Shown one piece after another: positions 18,285 through 28,466 of a stretch of 64,000 nt of DNA. Position 1 is the first letter of the stretch; the number at the start of each line of letters is the position of its first letter. The translations under genes and the position numbers were made by a program. This DNA is from Marinobacter sp. B9-2 (lineage in GTDB: Bacteria; Pseudomonadota; Gammaproteobacteria; Pseudomonadales; Oleiphilaceae): contig PYVH01000001.1 of the NCBI GenBank assembly GCA_003030785.1, positions 8,454-72,453 on the forward strand, read 5' to 3'. Below the pieces are notes generated by a model. The model searched no databases and was not told the DNA's origin. It worked only from the letters and a program-made list of their open reading frames with translations.

Positions 18285-20513
18285 TCAGGCGGTCTTGCTC
18301 CGCAGGGTGCCGACGACCGCATCCAGGGCCCGATCAATCAGTGCGCCCTGCTCAAGCAGGGTCAGCCGGCCGCGCCGCATTTCGTGAGCCAGTTCAATCC
18401 GGGTTTTCTCAATAACCTTCAGCCCCATCCGGTTCACAAACACAAAGCAGTCTGCTTCCTCGATGATGGCGGATAGTTTGCAACGGAAACTGGCACCATT
18501 GACGAGACGGAACTCTACCCAGTTGCCAATTTCGACACTGTCAATCTGAGCCACGTACTCGGAGATAGCAGCTTCTTCCAGCTCCTGCTGGCGTTCAACA
18601 GCTGTCTGGTGAACGGTGGCAATTTCCTCTTCTTCGGGCTCCTCGGGCGAATCTTGAAGTGCTTCAATGGCAGCATTGGTTCGAAATGCCTCGGCCAGTT
18701 GGTGCTTGAGCTGGCCCATCATTTCATCCAGTCTGGATGAGTTATAGGACACCTCTTCCAGTCCTGATCGCAATGACTTGAGCAGGCCTGGCACCACGCG
18801 TACCCACTGGTCTCTCTCGTCGTCTTCCTGATGAGGGTGAAGGCACCAGATAAGATCGTCGACAACCTTGACGGTCGCGTTCCATCGATGCTCTACATCG
18901 TCCCGCAAATAAGCAAGAAACATCACGCGACTCCAGCCGTTCATCAGGATGTCGTGGATGGATTCCGGCAGTTTATAGCGGGAAACTTTCTGCTTCAGAA
19001 GGTTGTCGACGGTTTGCTGGGCTGTCTGGGATTTTATTCGACCCCGCTCCGATTCCCGGGTTCTCTGCTCCACCAGTGACGCCTTGCGGTTCTCCCGTTC
19101 AAGAAACTGTTCGAATTCCTGGTTCAGGGTTTCAAACAGCGCAACGTCGCCGTCAAATTCATTGAGAATTCTTTGAACAATGTTGTGAATCTGTCCGTAG
19201 AGTTTGTCCTTGGTTTTCTCATCGCTGCTGCTCCAGCCGATGCCTGCCCTTGCCAGGGAGTTCAGAAGGCGTCTGGCCGGGTGCGTAGCCTGACTGAAGA
19301 AACTCTTGTCCCTGATGACCACTTTCAGGATTGGAATCTGCAGACGACTGATCAGGACCTGAACCGGAGCGGAGAGGTTGTAATCGTCGAGTATGAACTC
19401 GAACAGCATGGAAACCAGGTTGATCAGGTCTTCGTCAACTTCATTCAGCGCCGGCTTTCGGCCGTCTCCGGTATCGGCTTGGGAGAGAACCTGCTGCACC
19501 AGCTGGCGAATATCAATACTGACGGGTTCGCCATCGCTCAGGTTGTGCTGATCCTGCCTGGCTCCCGTCAGTGGTAATGAATTGAGAAGGCTTGCCAGCT
19601 CTGAGTCACCCACTACCCGAACATTGGGGTCTGAGGCTCTGGGAGGCATGCCTGCATTGGCGCGCTGAAGCGCCAGCATCTGTCTGATCTGTTCGAAGAC
19701 AGCACTGCTGCTGCCTGTTTCGCCCGGGCGCTCCGTTGCCGTCGTATCTGAGGCTTTGGCTTCCCCTTTTTCGTCACCTGCAGACTGCGACTTGGAGGCG
19801 TCGTGCTGCTGTCCGGCTTTGCCGTGATACCTGAAATTCGGAATGATCCCCGCCTGGATCAGTATGCGGTTGGCTTCGTCCAGCAGCATGCCCAGGTTGG
19901 AGACAACATAGCGGTCAAACTGTTTGAGCAGAATCAGGCGTTCCCGAATCTGGATTTCCAGCGCCTGAATGGCTTCAGTAAAAGCGCTGCACAGATGTTC
20001 CGGCGCCATAGGATTCACCGGTGACTCTTCCGTGGCCTCCGGATACACCTGGCTGAAGCGGGTCTGGAGCTGAAGCAGCGGGCCCTGAAAGTGTGCTTTC
20101 GCCTTGGTGATCATGGCGTTGAGCGCAACCTGTTCTTCAAGGTCGTCGTTGCCGACCAGGGCGAGGGTATCTGCGCTGGCCTGCTTGTTCAGGGTTTCTT
20201 CCTGGAGCGGGCCTGTGTGAGGGGGATTGGCGAAGTATTGGGCAACGGTGTTCTGAAAATGCCGCTCTACACCCTTCCGCTTGATGCGTATTTCACGCAT
20301 CGCTTCGAAATACCGGTTCTGTTCATTGTTGCTGCGGGCATTATTGGCCAACTCGAACAGTGAATCGTCGACGGCGTCGAAGGCGCCCTGCAGCAAATCA
20401 CCAAGTCCGGCGACAACGGTGTCCCGGATGCGGGTGACCTCCGCAGGGACCGGTCTGTTACTTCCGGCTTCCCTGTGCTCGCGGAGGTAATGTATGCCGG
20501 ACTGCTTGTTCAT
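18285..20513 (-). CDS. DUF1631 family protein
   Basis: DD.LFELA..A..N.EQ..YFEAMREIR, INLVSMLFEFIL, LQIPILKV...D..FF...HPARRLLN, FVNRMG.K. Confidence 0.85.
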   Translation of the reverse strand: MNKQSGIHYLREHREAGSNRPVPAEVTRIRDTVVAGLGDLLQGAFDAVDDSLFELANNARSNNEQNRYFEAMREIRIKRKGVERHFQNTVAQYFANPPHTGPLQEETLNKQASADTLALVGNDDLEEQVALNAMITKAKAHFQGPLLQLQTRFSQVYPEATEESPVNPMAPEHLCSAFTEAIQALEIQIRERLILLKQFDRYVVSNLGMLLDEANRILIQAGIIPNFRYHGKAGQQHDASKSQSAGDEKGEAKASDTTATERPGETGSSSAVFEQIRQMLALQRANAGMPPRASDPNVRVVGDSELASLLNSLPLTGARQDQHNLSDGEPVSIDIRQLVQQVLSQADTGDGRKPALNEVDEDLINLVSMLFEFILDDYNLSAPVQVLISRLQIPILKVVIRDKSFFSQATHPARRLLNSLARAGIGWSSSDEKTKDKLYGQIHNIVQRILNEFDGDVALFETLNQEFEQFLERENRKASLVEQRTRESERGRIKSQTAQQTVDNLLKQKVSRYKLPESIHDILMNGWSRVMFLAYLRDDVEHRWNATVKVVDDLIWCLHPHQEDDERDQWVRVVPGLLKSLRSGLEEVSYNSSRLDEMMGQLKHQLAEAFRTNAAIEALQDSPEEPEEEEIATVHQTAVERQQELEEAAISEYVAQIDSVEIGNWVEFRLVNGASFRCKLSAIIEEADCFVFVNRMGLKVIEKTRIELAHEMRRGRLTLLEQGALIDRALDAVVGTLRSKTA

Positions 20514-20643
20514 GGCAGACTCCTGTTTACGCCTCAACCGGATACATGACCGAGCTGGTAATCCTTGAATTCTCGTTATTGGTTAAATTTACCGCATTTT
20601 GCTTAAAGTTAACATGACCAAACGCTAACGTGGGAGCGAATTC

Positions 20644-20673
20644 AAAAAACACAGGGTGCCTGCGAGGCACCCT
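20644..20673 (-). terminator. Rho-independent terminator after the Yip1 gene
   Basis: Minus strand AGGGTGCCT-CGC-AGGCACCCT-GTGTTTTTT. Confidence 0.75.
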
Positions 20674-20707
20674 TATACATATCACTGACTTGCTGACGAG
20701 TAAGCGT

Positions 20708-21310
20708 TCAGCTCACATAGACAGGGCCGATGCCCATGCTCCATATAACGACGCTGATAGCCAGCAGTGCGACAAACATAACCAGGCCCACGGTAAGGAC
20801 TGCGGACGCAAACATGAAGCCTCGATCTTCCGGTATTTTCATCAGGATGGGGAGGCCTTCATACAGCAGGTAGACGGCATAGGCAACGGCCACCAGGCCT
20901 GCCAGCATGTTCACCCAGATGTTCGGGTAGGCCGCGATAACCCCGATGAGGAAAATGGGGGTTGCGGTGTAGGCGGCCAGGGCTACGCCTCTGGGAGTCC
21001 GCTCAACCGCGTCATAAGTGGCGGCAAAGAAATCGATGAACTTGCCCAGTACAAAGATTCCGGCAAGCATGGCCCCGTAAAAGAGCACCGATAGCTGCAG
21101 CGCGCTCGTAATCGAAAGCTTTGTGATCTGGCCATCACCAATCTGCCAGCCCACCTGGGTTGTTCCGAAGAAACCGGCGACAGCGGGGATCAGTGCCAGC
21201 AACAGAATGTGGCCGGCGTACAGCCTTGTGACGGACTCGGATTCGTTGCGAATAGCCTCCCATTCCTGGTCGGGATGGGCAAGCAGGCCAAACGTATGTG
21301 TCAGACTCAT
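20708..21310 (-). CDS. Yip1-family inner membrane protein (YohC-like)
   Basis: H.FGLL.HP..EW..I, GTTQVGWQIG, YLLY.GLPILM.IP.DRG; about five TM helices. Confidence 0.85.
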   Translation of the reverse strand: MSLTHTFGLLAHPDQEWEAIRNESESVTRLYAGHILLLALIPAVAGFFGTTQVGWQIGDGQITKLSITSALQLSVLFYGAMLAGIFVLGKFIDFFAATYDAVERTPRGVALAAYTATPIFLIGVIAAYPNIWVNMLAGLVAVAYAVYLLYEGLPILMKIPEDRGFMFASAVLTVGLVMFVALLAISVVIWSMGIGPVYVS

Positions 21311-21469
21311 GGACGTATTCCTTGTGATTGTTTTTGTAACGCACGCCCTTTCAGTGTTGGTGGGAGATCAGCGGGGGTCAAGCTGGCAATTAAATTTTGA
21401 TCTTTCAAGAACGGAAGGCGCTATAACGTAAGAGTCTATAGCGCCCGCAGGAGGGAGGCTTCAGGAGCT

Positions 21470-22756
21470 CTATGGTTTAAGGGACAGTGACCGTTTTTTG
21501 CGCTTTTTGGGGTGTACAATCGCTGCTTTTACGACGTTGTCCTTGATTTGCAGTACTTCTACCCGATGACCGTCCACTTTCAGGCAGACGTTGGTGTCGG
21601 GAATGTTCTCCAGGGTTTCAGTGATCAGGCCGTTTAGGGTTTTCGGTCCGTCGGTGGGGAGCTTCCAGCCCAGGGTCTTGTTGATGGTTCGAACGGCAGA
21701 GGTGCCGTCGATAATAAAGGTGCCATTGTCCTGGGGAATAATGTCCGGGCTGGTGGCGGCGTAATCCGTCGTAAAGTCCCCGACGATTTCTTCAAGTATG
21801 TCTTCGAGTGTCGCAAGACCCAGAACGTCACCATATTCATCCACAACCACACCAAACCTGCGGCGACCCTTCTGGAAATTGATCAGCTGGGTGTTCAGAG
21901 GGGTGCTTTCCGGAACGAAATAGGGTTCCTGGCAAAGCTGCATGATCATGGCCTTGTTGATCTCCTCCTGCTGAAGCAGCTTCGAAGCGCTGCGCAGGTG
22001 GAGTATGCCCTGGATGTTGTTGATGTCGCCTTTGTAAACGGGAAGGCGAGTGTGCTGGCTGCTGCGCAATTGACGCAGGATCGTGTCAGTGTCGTCCTCC
22101 AGATCGATCCCTACGACCTCGTTGCGGGGCACCATGATGTCATTCACGGTTACTTTTTCGAGATCCAGGATGCTGACCAGCATGTCCTTGTGCTTGGCTG
22201 GAATCAGGGCCCCGGCCTCGTTCACCAGTGTTCGGAGTTCTTCGCGACTCAGGTGGTCGTTTGCAGCATCCGCAGCAGAAACACCCAGCAGCTTGAGAAT
22301 GCCTCCGGTAAACAGGTTCACGGCCCAGACAATCGGGTATAGGATTTTCAGCAGGGGGCCAAGGATGTAGCTGGCGGGAAATGCGATTTTCTCGGGAAAC
22401 AGTGCCGCCAGGGTTTTCGGGGTAACTTCTGCGAAGATCAGAATCACGATGGTCAGCAGGATAGTGGCGATCGCGATGCCGGCATCGCCCCATACCCGTA
22501 TCGCAATAACGGTCGCGATCGACGAAGCAAAGATGTTGACGAAGTTGTTGCCGATCAGGATCACGCCGATAAGCTGGTCGGTGCGTTGCAGCAAGCCCTG
22601 GGCCCGCTTGGCACCTTTATGGCCGGTTTTGGCCATGTGTTTTAGGCGGTATCGGTTGAGGGACATCATCCCGGTTTCGGAGCTTGAGAAGAAACCGGAG
22701 AGAAGGATGAGTCCGACCAGGAGAATAAACAGCGCAGTAAGCGATGTTTCGTTCAA
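21470..22756 (-). CDS. HlyC/CorC (CNNM + CBS) membrane protein, YfjD/CorB-like
   Basis: SGFFSSSETG, ILIGNNFVNI, AEVTPKT, VDEYG...G..TLEDILEEIVG. Confidence 0.9.
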   Translation of the reverse strand: MNETSLTALFILLVGLILLSGFFSSSETGMMSLNRYRLKHMAKTGHKGAKRAQGLLQRTDQLIGVILIGNNFVNIFASSIATVIAIRVWGDAGIAIATILLTIVILIFAEVTPKTLAALFPEKIAFPASYILGPLLKILYPIVWAVNLFTGGILKLLGVSAADAANDHLSREELRTLVNEAGALIPAKHKDMLVSILDLEKVTVNDIMVPRNEVVGIDLEDDTDTILRQLRSSQHTRLPVYKGDINNIQGILHLRSASKLLQQEEINKAMIMQLCQEPYFVPESTPLNTQLINFQKGRRRFGVVVDEYGDVLGLATLEDILEEIVGDFTTDYAATSPDIIPQDNGTFIIDGTSAVRTINKTLGWKLPTDGPKTLNGLITETLENIPDTNVCLKVDGHRVEVLQIKDNVVKAAIVHPKKRKKRSLSLKP

Positions 22757-22841
22757 AAGAGGTGTCCTTATATTGCTGACAAGTAGCGAAAATAGGGTTT
22801 TGGCAAGTGTTGTGTCAAGAGAATACCGGGAGTTCCCGAGA

Positions 22842-23648
22842 TTAGCCGCCGCGCTGGAAGATCAGTTCCAGCACAAACTTGCTGCCATAGAATGCCAGCA
22901 TCAGAAGTGCGCAGCCCGCAAGGGTCCATCGGCTAGCGGTAATCCCGCGCCAGCCTTTGGTGTAACGGCCGATCAGGAGCGCCACGAAAACCAGCAGGGA
23001 CAGGATGGAGAACAGGGTCTTGTGAGTGAGGTTCTGAGCAAACAGGTCTTCTATAAAGAGGGCGCCCGTCACGATTGCCAGAATCAGCATCACGACGCCG
23101 GCCCAGACCATTTCAAACAGTAGCGATTCCATGGTCTGCAGTGGCGGCAGGTTGCGAACCAGCAGACTGTTGTAGTTGTGCTTCAGTTGGCGATTCTGGA
23201 AATAAAGAAGAACCGCCTGGATGGCCGCCAGGGTGAAGAGGCTGTAGGCTGTCACCGAAAGTGCTATGTGGGAGAGCATGCCATAGCTTTGCTCCGAGAC
23301 CAGTCTCGAGGGGCCGTGTGTCACAAGAGCAAGGATGATGGTAAGGCCGGCCAGGGGATAGACGCCCAGGAACAGGCTTTGTACTGGTTTTTTGAGGTTG
23401 AGGCCCAGCAACAGAAACACGATCAGCCAGGAAATCAGAACCGAGCTTTTGAAAAAGCTAAAATCGAAACCGCCGTCATGGTGGACCGTCTGGCCAATAA
23501 GAAGTCCGTGGCTGGTCAGGGCAAGAACGCCAATCAGGGTGGTAATGGCAATATTGCTCTGAACCCGGCCCCTGAAATGCAGGGCCTGCAGCGCGGTACC
23601 GACGCTGTAAAGAAAAAGAGAGGTGACCGCGAGAATCAGCGTTCCCAT
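22842..23648 (-). CDS. Cytochrome c assembly-family inner membrane protein (YpjD/CorE-like)
   Basis: LPPLQTMESLLF, HKTLFS, GWRG, LAFYGSKFVLE; divergent from ffh as usual. Confidence 0.88.
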   Translation of the reverse strand: MGTLILAVTSLFLYSVGTALQALHFRGRVQSNIAITTLIGVLALTSHGLLIGQTVHHDGGFDFSFFKSSVLISWLIVFLLLGLNLKKPVQSLFLGVYPLAGLTIILALVTHGPSRLVSEQSYGMLSHIALSVTAYSLFTLAAIQAVLLYFQNRQLKHNYNSLLVRNLPPLQTMESLLFEMVWAGVVMLILAIVTGALFIEDLFAQNLTHKTLFSILSLLVFVALLIGRYTKGWRGITASRWTLAGCALLMLAFYGSKFVLELIFQRGG

Positions 23649-23830
23649 GACTTCCTTATTAACCACTGTTCTGACTGGGGATCGGCGCTGGTTTCGGCCG
23701 ATTTGACCGGGCTGGTCGTTTCAGGGCGATAGTCTGGTTATAATGTCGCGATTATGCAACTGGAATCAAGGAGTCGTCGCAGGCTCTGTCGATTCACGCA
23801 CTCAATTTATCCGGGGTACGGAAGAGCAAC

Positions 23831-25222
23831 ATGTTTGAGAACCTCCAAGACCGACTTTCCGGCAGTCTGCGCAAGATTTCCGGCCAGGCGCGCCTCACTG
23901 ATGACAATATAAAGGACACTCTCCGGGAAGTGCGGATGGCGCTGCTGGAGGCGGATGTCGCCCTGCCGGTAGTGAAGGACTTTGTTGAGGGCGTCCGCAA
24001 GCGAGCCATTGGCCAGGAGGTGCAGCGCAGCCTGACACCGGGCCAGGTCTTCGTAAAAGTTGTCCAGCAGGAGCTGGAACGGGTGATGGGCGAGGGCAAC
24101 GAATCCCTCAACCTGAACGTCCAGCCGCCGGCAGTAATTATGATGGCCGGTCTGCAGGGTGCGGGTAAGACCACCACGGTCGCCAAGCTTTCCCGCTTCC
24201 TCAAGGAGCGGCAGAAGAAGTCCGTTCTGGTAGTCAGTGCGGATGTCTATCGCCCTGCCGCGATTCGCCAGTTGGAGACCCTTGCCGGCGAGGTAGGTGT
24301 CGAGTTCTTCCCGAGCAGCGCCGATCAGGATCCCGTGGATATCGCCGAGGGAGCGATTGCGGCTGCCAGGAAGAAACACATCGATGTGGTGATTCTTGAT
24401 ACCGCCGGCCGGCTGCATGTCGATGAACAGATGATGGGCGAGATCGGCCGGCTGCATAAGGCGGTCAATCCGGTTGAGACCCTGTTCGTGGTCGACGCCA
24501 TGACCGGTCAGGATGCGGCCAACACCGCCAAGGCGTTTAACGATGCCCTGCCTCTGACGGGTGTGGTCCTGACCAAAACCGATGGCGATGCCCGTGGCGG
24601 TGCCGCCCTGTCTGTTCGCCATATCACCGGCAAGCCGATCAAGTTCCTGGGTGTGGGCGAAAAGTCCGATGCCCTTGAGCCGTTTTATCCGGACCGGGTC
24701 GCGTCCCGGATCCTTGGCATGGGCGACGTGCTCTCGCTGATCGAAGAGGCGGAGCGCAAGCTGGACCAGAAGAAGGCCCAGAAGCTCACCAAGAAAATAA
24801 AGAAGGGCAAGAGCTTTGACCTGGAGGATTTTCGCGATCAGCTGCAGCAGATGAAGAGCATGGGTGGCATCGGTGGCCTGCTCGACAAGCTGCCGGGCAT
24901 GGGGCAGATGGCCCAGGTGGCCCAGCAGCAGGTTAATGACAAGTCCATGGGGCAGATGGAAGCCATCATCTGCTCGATGACCCCGAAGGAGCGGCGTTAC
25001 CCGGATGTGATCAACAATTCCCGCAAGCGCCGGATCGCCACGGGGTCTGGAACCCAGATCCAGGATGTGAATCGTCTGCTGAAACAGCACAAGCAAATGC
25101 AGAAGATGATGAAAAAGTTTGGCAAGAAAGGCGGCATGGCGAATATGATGCGCGGCATGGGTGGCATGATGCCCCCGGGCGGCGGTGGAGGGGGCGGAAT
25201 GCCTCCGTTTGGCCGTATGTAA
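23831..25222 (+). CDS. ffh: Signal recognition particle protein
   Basis: MFENLQDRL, GLQGAGKTTT, DTAGR, TKTDGDARGG, Met-rich M domain. Confidence 0.97.
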   Translation: MFENLQDRLSGSLRKISGQARLTDDNIKDTLREVRMALLEADVALPVVKDFVEGVRKRAIGQEVQRSLTPGQVFVKVVQQELERVMGEGNESLNLNVQPPAVIMMAGLQGAGKTTTVAKLSRFLKERQKKSVLVVSADVYRPAAIRQLETLAGEVGVEFFPSSADQDPVDIAEGAIAAARKKHIDVVILDTAGRLHVDEQMMGEIGRLHKAVNPVETLFVVDAMTGQDAANTAKAFNDALPLTGVVLTKTDGDARGGAALSVRHITGKPIKFLGVGEKSDALEPFYPDRVASRILGMGDVLSLIEEAERKLDQKKAQKLTKKIKKGKSFDLEDFRDQLQQMKSMGGIGGLLDKLPGMGQMAQVAQQQVNDKSMGQMEAIICSMTPKERRYPDVINNSRKRRIATGSGTQIQDVNRLLKQHKQMQKMMKKFGKKGGMANMMRGMGGMMPPGGGGGGGMPPFGRM

Positions 25223-25385
25223 AAAGCCTTACATGGAAAACGGGGAAACAACTGGTTTTGCTGTTTTCTTTGGCGCTTTTTTAGCATAGAATGGCGCCCC
25301 TTTCGAGTATGGGTCTTCGCGTCAGCTGGTGTTCAGCAGGCGTGAATCGTACAAAGTTCGTTCAACAGAACAGGATATTGGTTAA

Positions 25386-25625
25386 ATGGTAATTATCCGT
25401 TTGGCTCGTGGTGGCTCCAAGAAGCGCCCGTTCTACCATCTGACAGTCACCGACAGCCGCAAATCTCGCGACGGTCGTTTCATTGAGCGTGTAGGTTTCT
25501 TCAACCCGGTTGCCCGTGGTCAGGAAGAGAGCCTTCGCGTTGATCGTGAGCGTGTCGATTTCTGGCTCGGTCAAGGCGCGCAGACTAGCGAGCGCGTTGC
25601 ACAGCTGCTGAAGGCTGCTGGGTAA
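25386..25625 (+). CDS. rpsP: 30S ribosomal protein S16
   Basis: [17 protein letters not shown]...[14 protein letters not shown]. Confidence 0.97.
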   Translation: MVIIRLARGGSKKRPFYHLTVTDSRKSRDGRFIERVGFFNPVARGQEESLRVDRERVDFWLGQGAQTSERVAQLLKAAG

Positions 25626-25652
25626 GACAGTACTGATACCGGGGTTTATGGC

Positions 25653-26180
25653 ATGACACAGAATTCGCAGGAAACTGTGATCGGCCGGATTACCTCGGTG
25701 TTTGGGGTCAAGGGGTGGCTCAAGGTCTTCTCCTACACCGATCCCAAAGACGGAATACTGAACTATCCCGATTGGACGCTTGATCTGGATGGTAAGCGTA
25801 TTCCGGCCAAGCTTGAGGAAGGTCGCCGCCAGGGGCAGGGGATCGTCGTCAGGCTGAAAGGTATTAACGACCGTGATCTGGCCCGCACGTATTGCGGTGC
25901 CGAAGTCAGGGTCTCGACAGCTGAGTTGCCGGAACTTCCTGAAGGGGAGTTCTACTGGTTTCAGCTGGAAGGTCTTGATGTGTATACGGTCGATGATGAG
26001 TGCCTTGGTAAAGTGCACCATCTTATGGAAACCGGATCCAACGATGTTCTGGTGGTACAGGCTACGGCAGGTTCCATCGATCAACGTGAGCGTCTGATTC
26101 CTTATCTGCCTGGCGAAGTGGTCCAGAATGTTGATCTGGATTCAAAGCGCATGGTGGTGGACTGGGATCCGGAGTTCTGA
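25653..26180 (+). CDS. rimM: Ribosome maturation factor RimM
   Basis: FGVKGWLKV, EGEFYW.QL.G, ETGSNDV, VDWDPEF. Confidence 0.96.
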   Translation: MTQNSQETVIGRITSVFGVKGWLKVFSYTDPKDGILNYPDWTLDLDGKRIPAKLEEGRRQGQGIVVRLKGINDRDLARTYCGAEVRVSTAELPELPEGEFYWFQLEGLDVYTVDDECLGKVHHLMETGSNDVLVVQATAGSIDQRERLIPYLPGEVVQNVDLDSKRMVVDWDPEF

Positions 26181-26183
26181 CGG

Positions 26184-26930
26184 GTGTGGATTGGCGCAGT
26201 CAGTCTGTTCCCGGATATGTTCAGTGCGGTAACGGATTACGGGATTACGGGAAGGGCAGTCCGGGATGGTCTTTTGACTTTCCGCAGCTGGAATCCCCGT
26301 GAGTTTACCCACGACCGGCATCGCACGGTAGACGACCGGCCATATGGCGGTGGCCCGGGTATGCTGATGAAAATTCAGCCTCTCCGGGACGCAATCCATG
26401 CGGCAAGGGAAGCAGCACCCGGAAGCCCTTGTGTGGTTTACCTCTCGCCCCAGGGCGAGACTCTGAACCAGTCTGTTGTCGAGTCGCTTGCTGCAGAGCA
26501 GCAGTTGATTCTGGTGGCGGGCCGGTACGAGGGTGTTGATGAGCGCCTGATAGCGACGGAAGTCGATCGGGAAGTGTCACTGGGTGATTTTGTGCTTTCC
26601 GGTGGCGAATTGGCAGCGATGGCTGTTATCGATGCGGTTACACGCCTCATCCCCGGAGCGCTGGGTCATGCGCAGTCGGCAGAGCAGGATTCTTTCGCCG
26701 ACGGTTTGCTGGATTGTCCGCACTACACCCGGCCCGAAGTTTACGAAGGTCAGGCGGTGCCGGATGTTTTATTGGGCGGTCACCATGATCAGATCCGGCG
26801 TTGGCGGCTGAAGCAGTCGTTGAGGCGAACCCGGGAGCGACGCCCCGACCTGCTGGAAAAGCGGGTGTTTACGGACGAAGAGCGTGAGCTGCTGGAAGAG
26901 ATTTTGAACGAACCGGGTGCCTCTGAATGA
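26184..26930 (+). CDS. trmD: tRNA (guanine-N1)-methyltransferase
   Basis: [33 protein letters not shown] start. Confidence 0.97.
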   Translation: MWIGAVSLFPDMFSAVTDYGITGRAVRDGLLTFRSWNPREFTHDRHRTVDDRPYGGGPGMLMKIQPLRDAIHAAREAAPGSPCVVYLSPQGETLNQSVVESLAAEQQLILVAGRYEGVDERLIATEVDREVSLGDFVLSGGELAAMAVIDAVTRLIPGALGHAQSAEQDSFADGLLDCPHYTRPEVYEGQAVPDVLLGGHHDQIRRWRLKQSLRRTRERRPDLLEKRVFTDEERELLEEILNEPGASE

Positions 26931-26967
26931 TCAGGGCATTAACAGATTGGGTATCAGGAGCATTACG

Positions 26968-27324
26968 ATGAGCGGCAAGAACAACATCATCAGTCAACTT
27001 GAAGCAGAACAGATGACCAAGGAAATCCCTGCGTTTGCGCCGGGCGACACCGTGGTCGTTCAGGTTCGCGTAACCGAGGGTAACCGTGAGCGTCTGCAGG
27101 CGTTCGAGGGTGTCGTCATCGGCAAGCGTAACCGTGGCATGAATTCCTCTTTCACCGTACGTAAGATCTCTTACGGTGTTGGTGTTGAGCGTACCTTCCA
27201 GAGCTTCTCCAAGCTGATCGACAGCATCAGCGTGAAGCGTCGCGGCGATGTTCGCCAGGCCAAGCTCTACTACCTGCGCGACCTGTCTGGTAAGGCGGCT
27301 CGTATCAAGGAAAAGCTGGGCTGA
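26968..27324 (+). CDS. rplS: 50S ribosomal protein L19
   Basis: [45 protein letters not shown] before ATG 26968. Confidence 0.97.
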   Translation: MSGKNNIISQLEAEQMTKEIPAFAPGDTVVVQVRVTEGNRERLQAFEGVVIGKRNRGMNSSFTVRKISYGVGVERTFQSFSKLIDSISVKRRGDVRQAKLYYLRDLSGKAARIKEKLG

Positions 27325-27350
27325 TCAGCAGAGCGCTGAACAGCAGGCAG

Positions 27351-27378
27351 AAAAAGGCAGCCCCGGGCTGCCTTTTTT
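27351..27378 (+). terminator. Rho-independent terminator of the rpsP operon
   Basis: AAAAAGGCAGCC-CCG-GGCTGCCTTTTTT. Confidence 0.9.
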
Positions 27379-27433
27379 GTGTCTGACGTTCCGGTATGCT
27401 TGTCGTAGGACGTTCGAAGTCTGGGAACTTGCC

Positions 27434-28336
27434 ATGAAAGCGGAAGATGAATCAGTCATTGTGCGGTTCGTTGATGCCATCTGGCTGGAAGACGGGCTTG
27501 GGGAAAAGACACGGCAGGCCTACCGGAGTGATTTGTCGCGATTGGCGGAATGGCTGGAAAGCCAGCCTGGCAAGCCCGCGCTGACTGATGTTCGCCGAAC
27601 CGACCTTCTGGCCTGGATGTCGCGGGGGTTGGCGGAAGGGATCAAGAGCTCTACGGCGGCCCGGCGGCTGTCCGGACTTCGGCGTTTTTACCGCTTTCTG
27701 CTACGCGAAGGGCTGATCGCTGAGGATCCGACCCTGCGGATCGACAGCCCGAGGTTGCCCCGGCGTCTTCCGGATTCTCTCACCGAGGAAGAGGTGGATG
27801 CGCTGCTTTGCGAACCGGACCCGAGTGTTGCCATCGAGCTCCGGGACAAGGCCATGCTCGAGATACTCTATGGTTGTGGTCTGAGGGTCTCAGAGCTGAC
27901 AGAGCTGCGGGTTGATCAGGTAAATCTGCGCCAGGGCGTCATTCGGATCACCGGCAAGGGTGACAAGGAACGGCTTGTGCCCCTGGGGGAGGAGGCGGTG
28001 GACTGGCTGCTGAAGTACATGAAGGAAGGCCGGCCGGAGCTTCTGAAAGGCCGCTCCTGCGATGCGCTGTTCCCGGGTAATCGGGCAGCGGCGATGACCC
28101 GCCAGACATTCTGGCATCGCATCAAGCATTACGCTGTGCGAGTCGGTATTCGCAAGCACCTGTCTCCCCACACCCTGAGGCATGCGTTTGCCACGCACCT
28201 TCTGAATCATGGTGCGGACCTCCGTGTTGTACAGATGCTGTTGGGTCACTCGGATCTGTCAACGACCCAGATATACACCCATGTGGCTCGTCAGCGTCTC
28301 CAGTCGCTGCACCAGGCTCACCATCCCAGGGGCTGA
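27434..28336 (+). CDS. xerD: Tyrosine recombinase XerD
   Basis: LRDKAMLE.LY..GLRVSEL, GKGDKERLVP, SPHTLRHAFATHLLNHGADLRVVQMLLGHSDLSTTQIYT. Confidence 0.95.
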   Translation: MKAEDESVIVRFVDAIWLEDGLGEKTRQAYRSDLSRLAEWLESQPGKPALTDVRRTDLLAWMSRGLAEGIKSSTAARRLSGLRRFYRFLLREGLIAEDPTLRIDSPRLPRRLPDSLTEEEVDALLCEPDPSVAIELRDKAMLEILYGCGLRVSELTELRVDQVNLRQGVIRITGKGDKERLVPLGEEAVDWLLKYMKEGRPELLKGRSCDALFPGNRAAAMTRQTFWHRIKHYAVRVGIRKHLSPHTLRHAFATHLLNHGADLRVVQMLLGHSDLSTTQIYTHVARQRLQSLHQAHHPRG

Positions 28337-28364
28337 TGAAGCGGCTGTTTGCGCGTGCGGGGGT

Positions 28365-28391
28365 GAACTTTCTTTTTCTGTACTTGTCGCA
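28365..28391 (+). promoter_or_regulatory. Putative sigmaE (RpoE/AlgU) promoter of dsbC
   Basis: GAACTT-N16-TCGCA; dsbC is a known sigmaE target in E. coli. Confidence 0.6.
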
Positions 28392-28466
28392 TTGAATTGA
28401 TTCCCGGCCTGTGCCAATACTGCCCGGGTTATTTAACTGGTCTCTGAAAAAAGGTTGTTTGTCAGA

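Noticed and set aside
23807..25096. 429-aa ORF antisense to ffh
   Set aside because: Antisense shadow; no independent evidence of coding
25120..25222. Gly/Met-rich low-complexity repeat
   Set aside because: Normal C-terminal tail of Ffh
27434..28336. Tyrosine recombinase as a possible prophage or island integrase
   Set aside because: Sequence and rplS-xerD-dsbC synteny identify it as housekeeping XerD; no att sites or cargo seen
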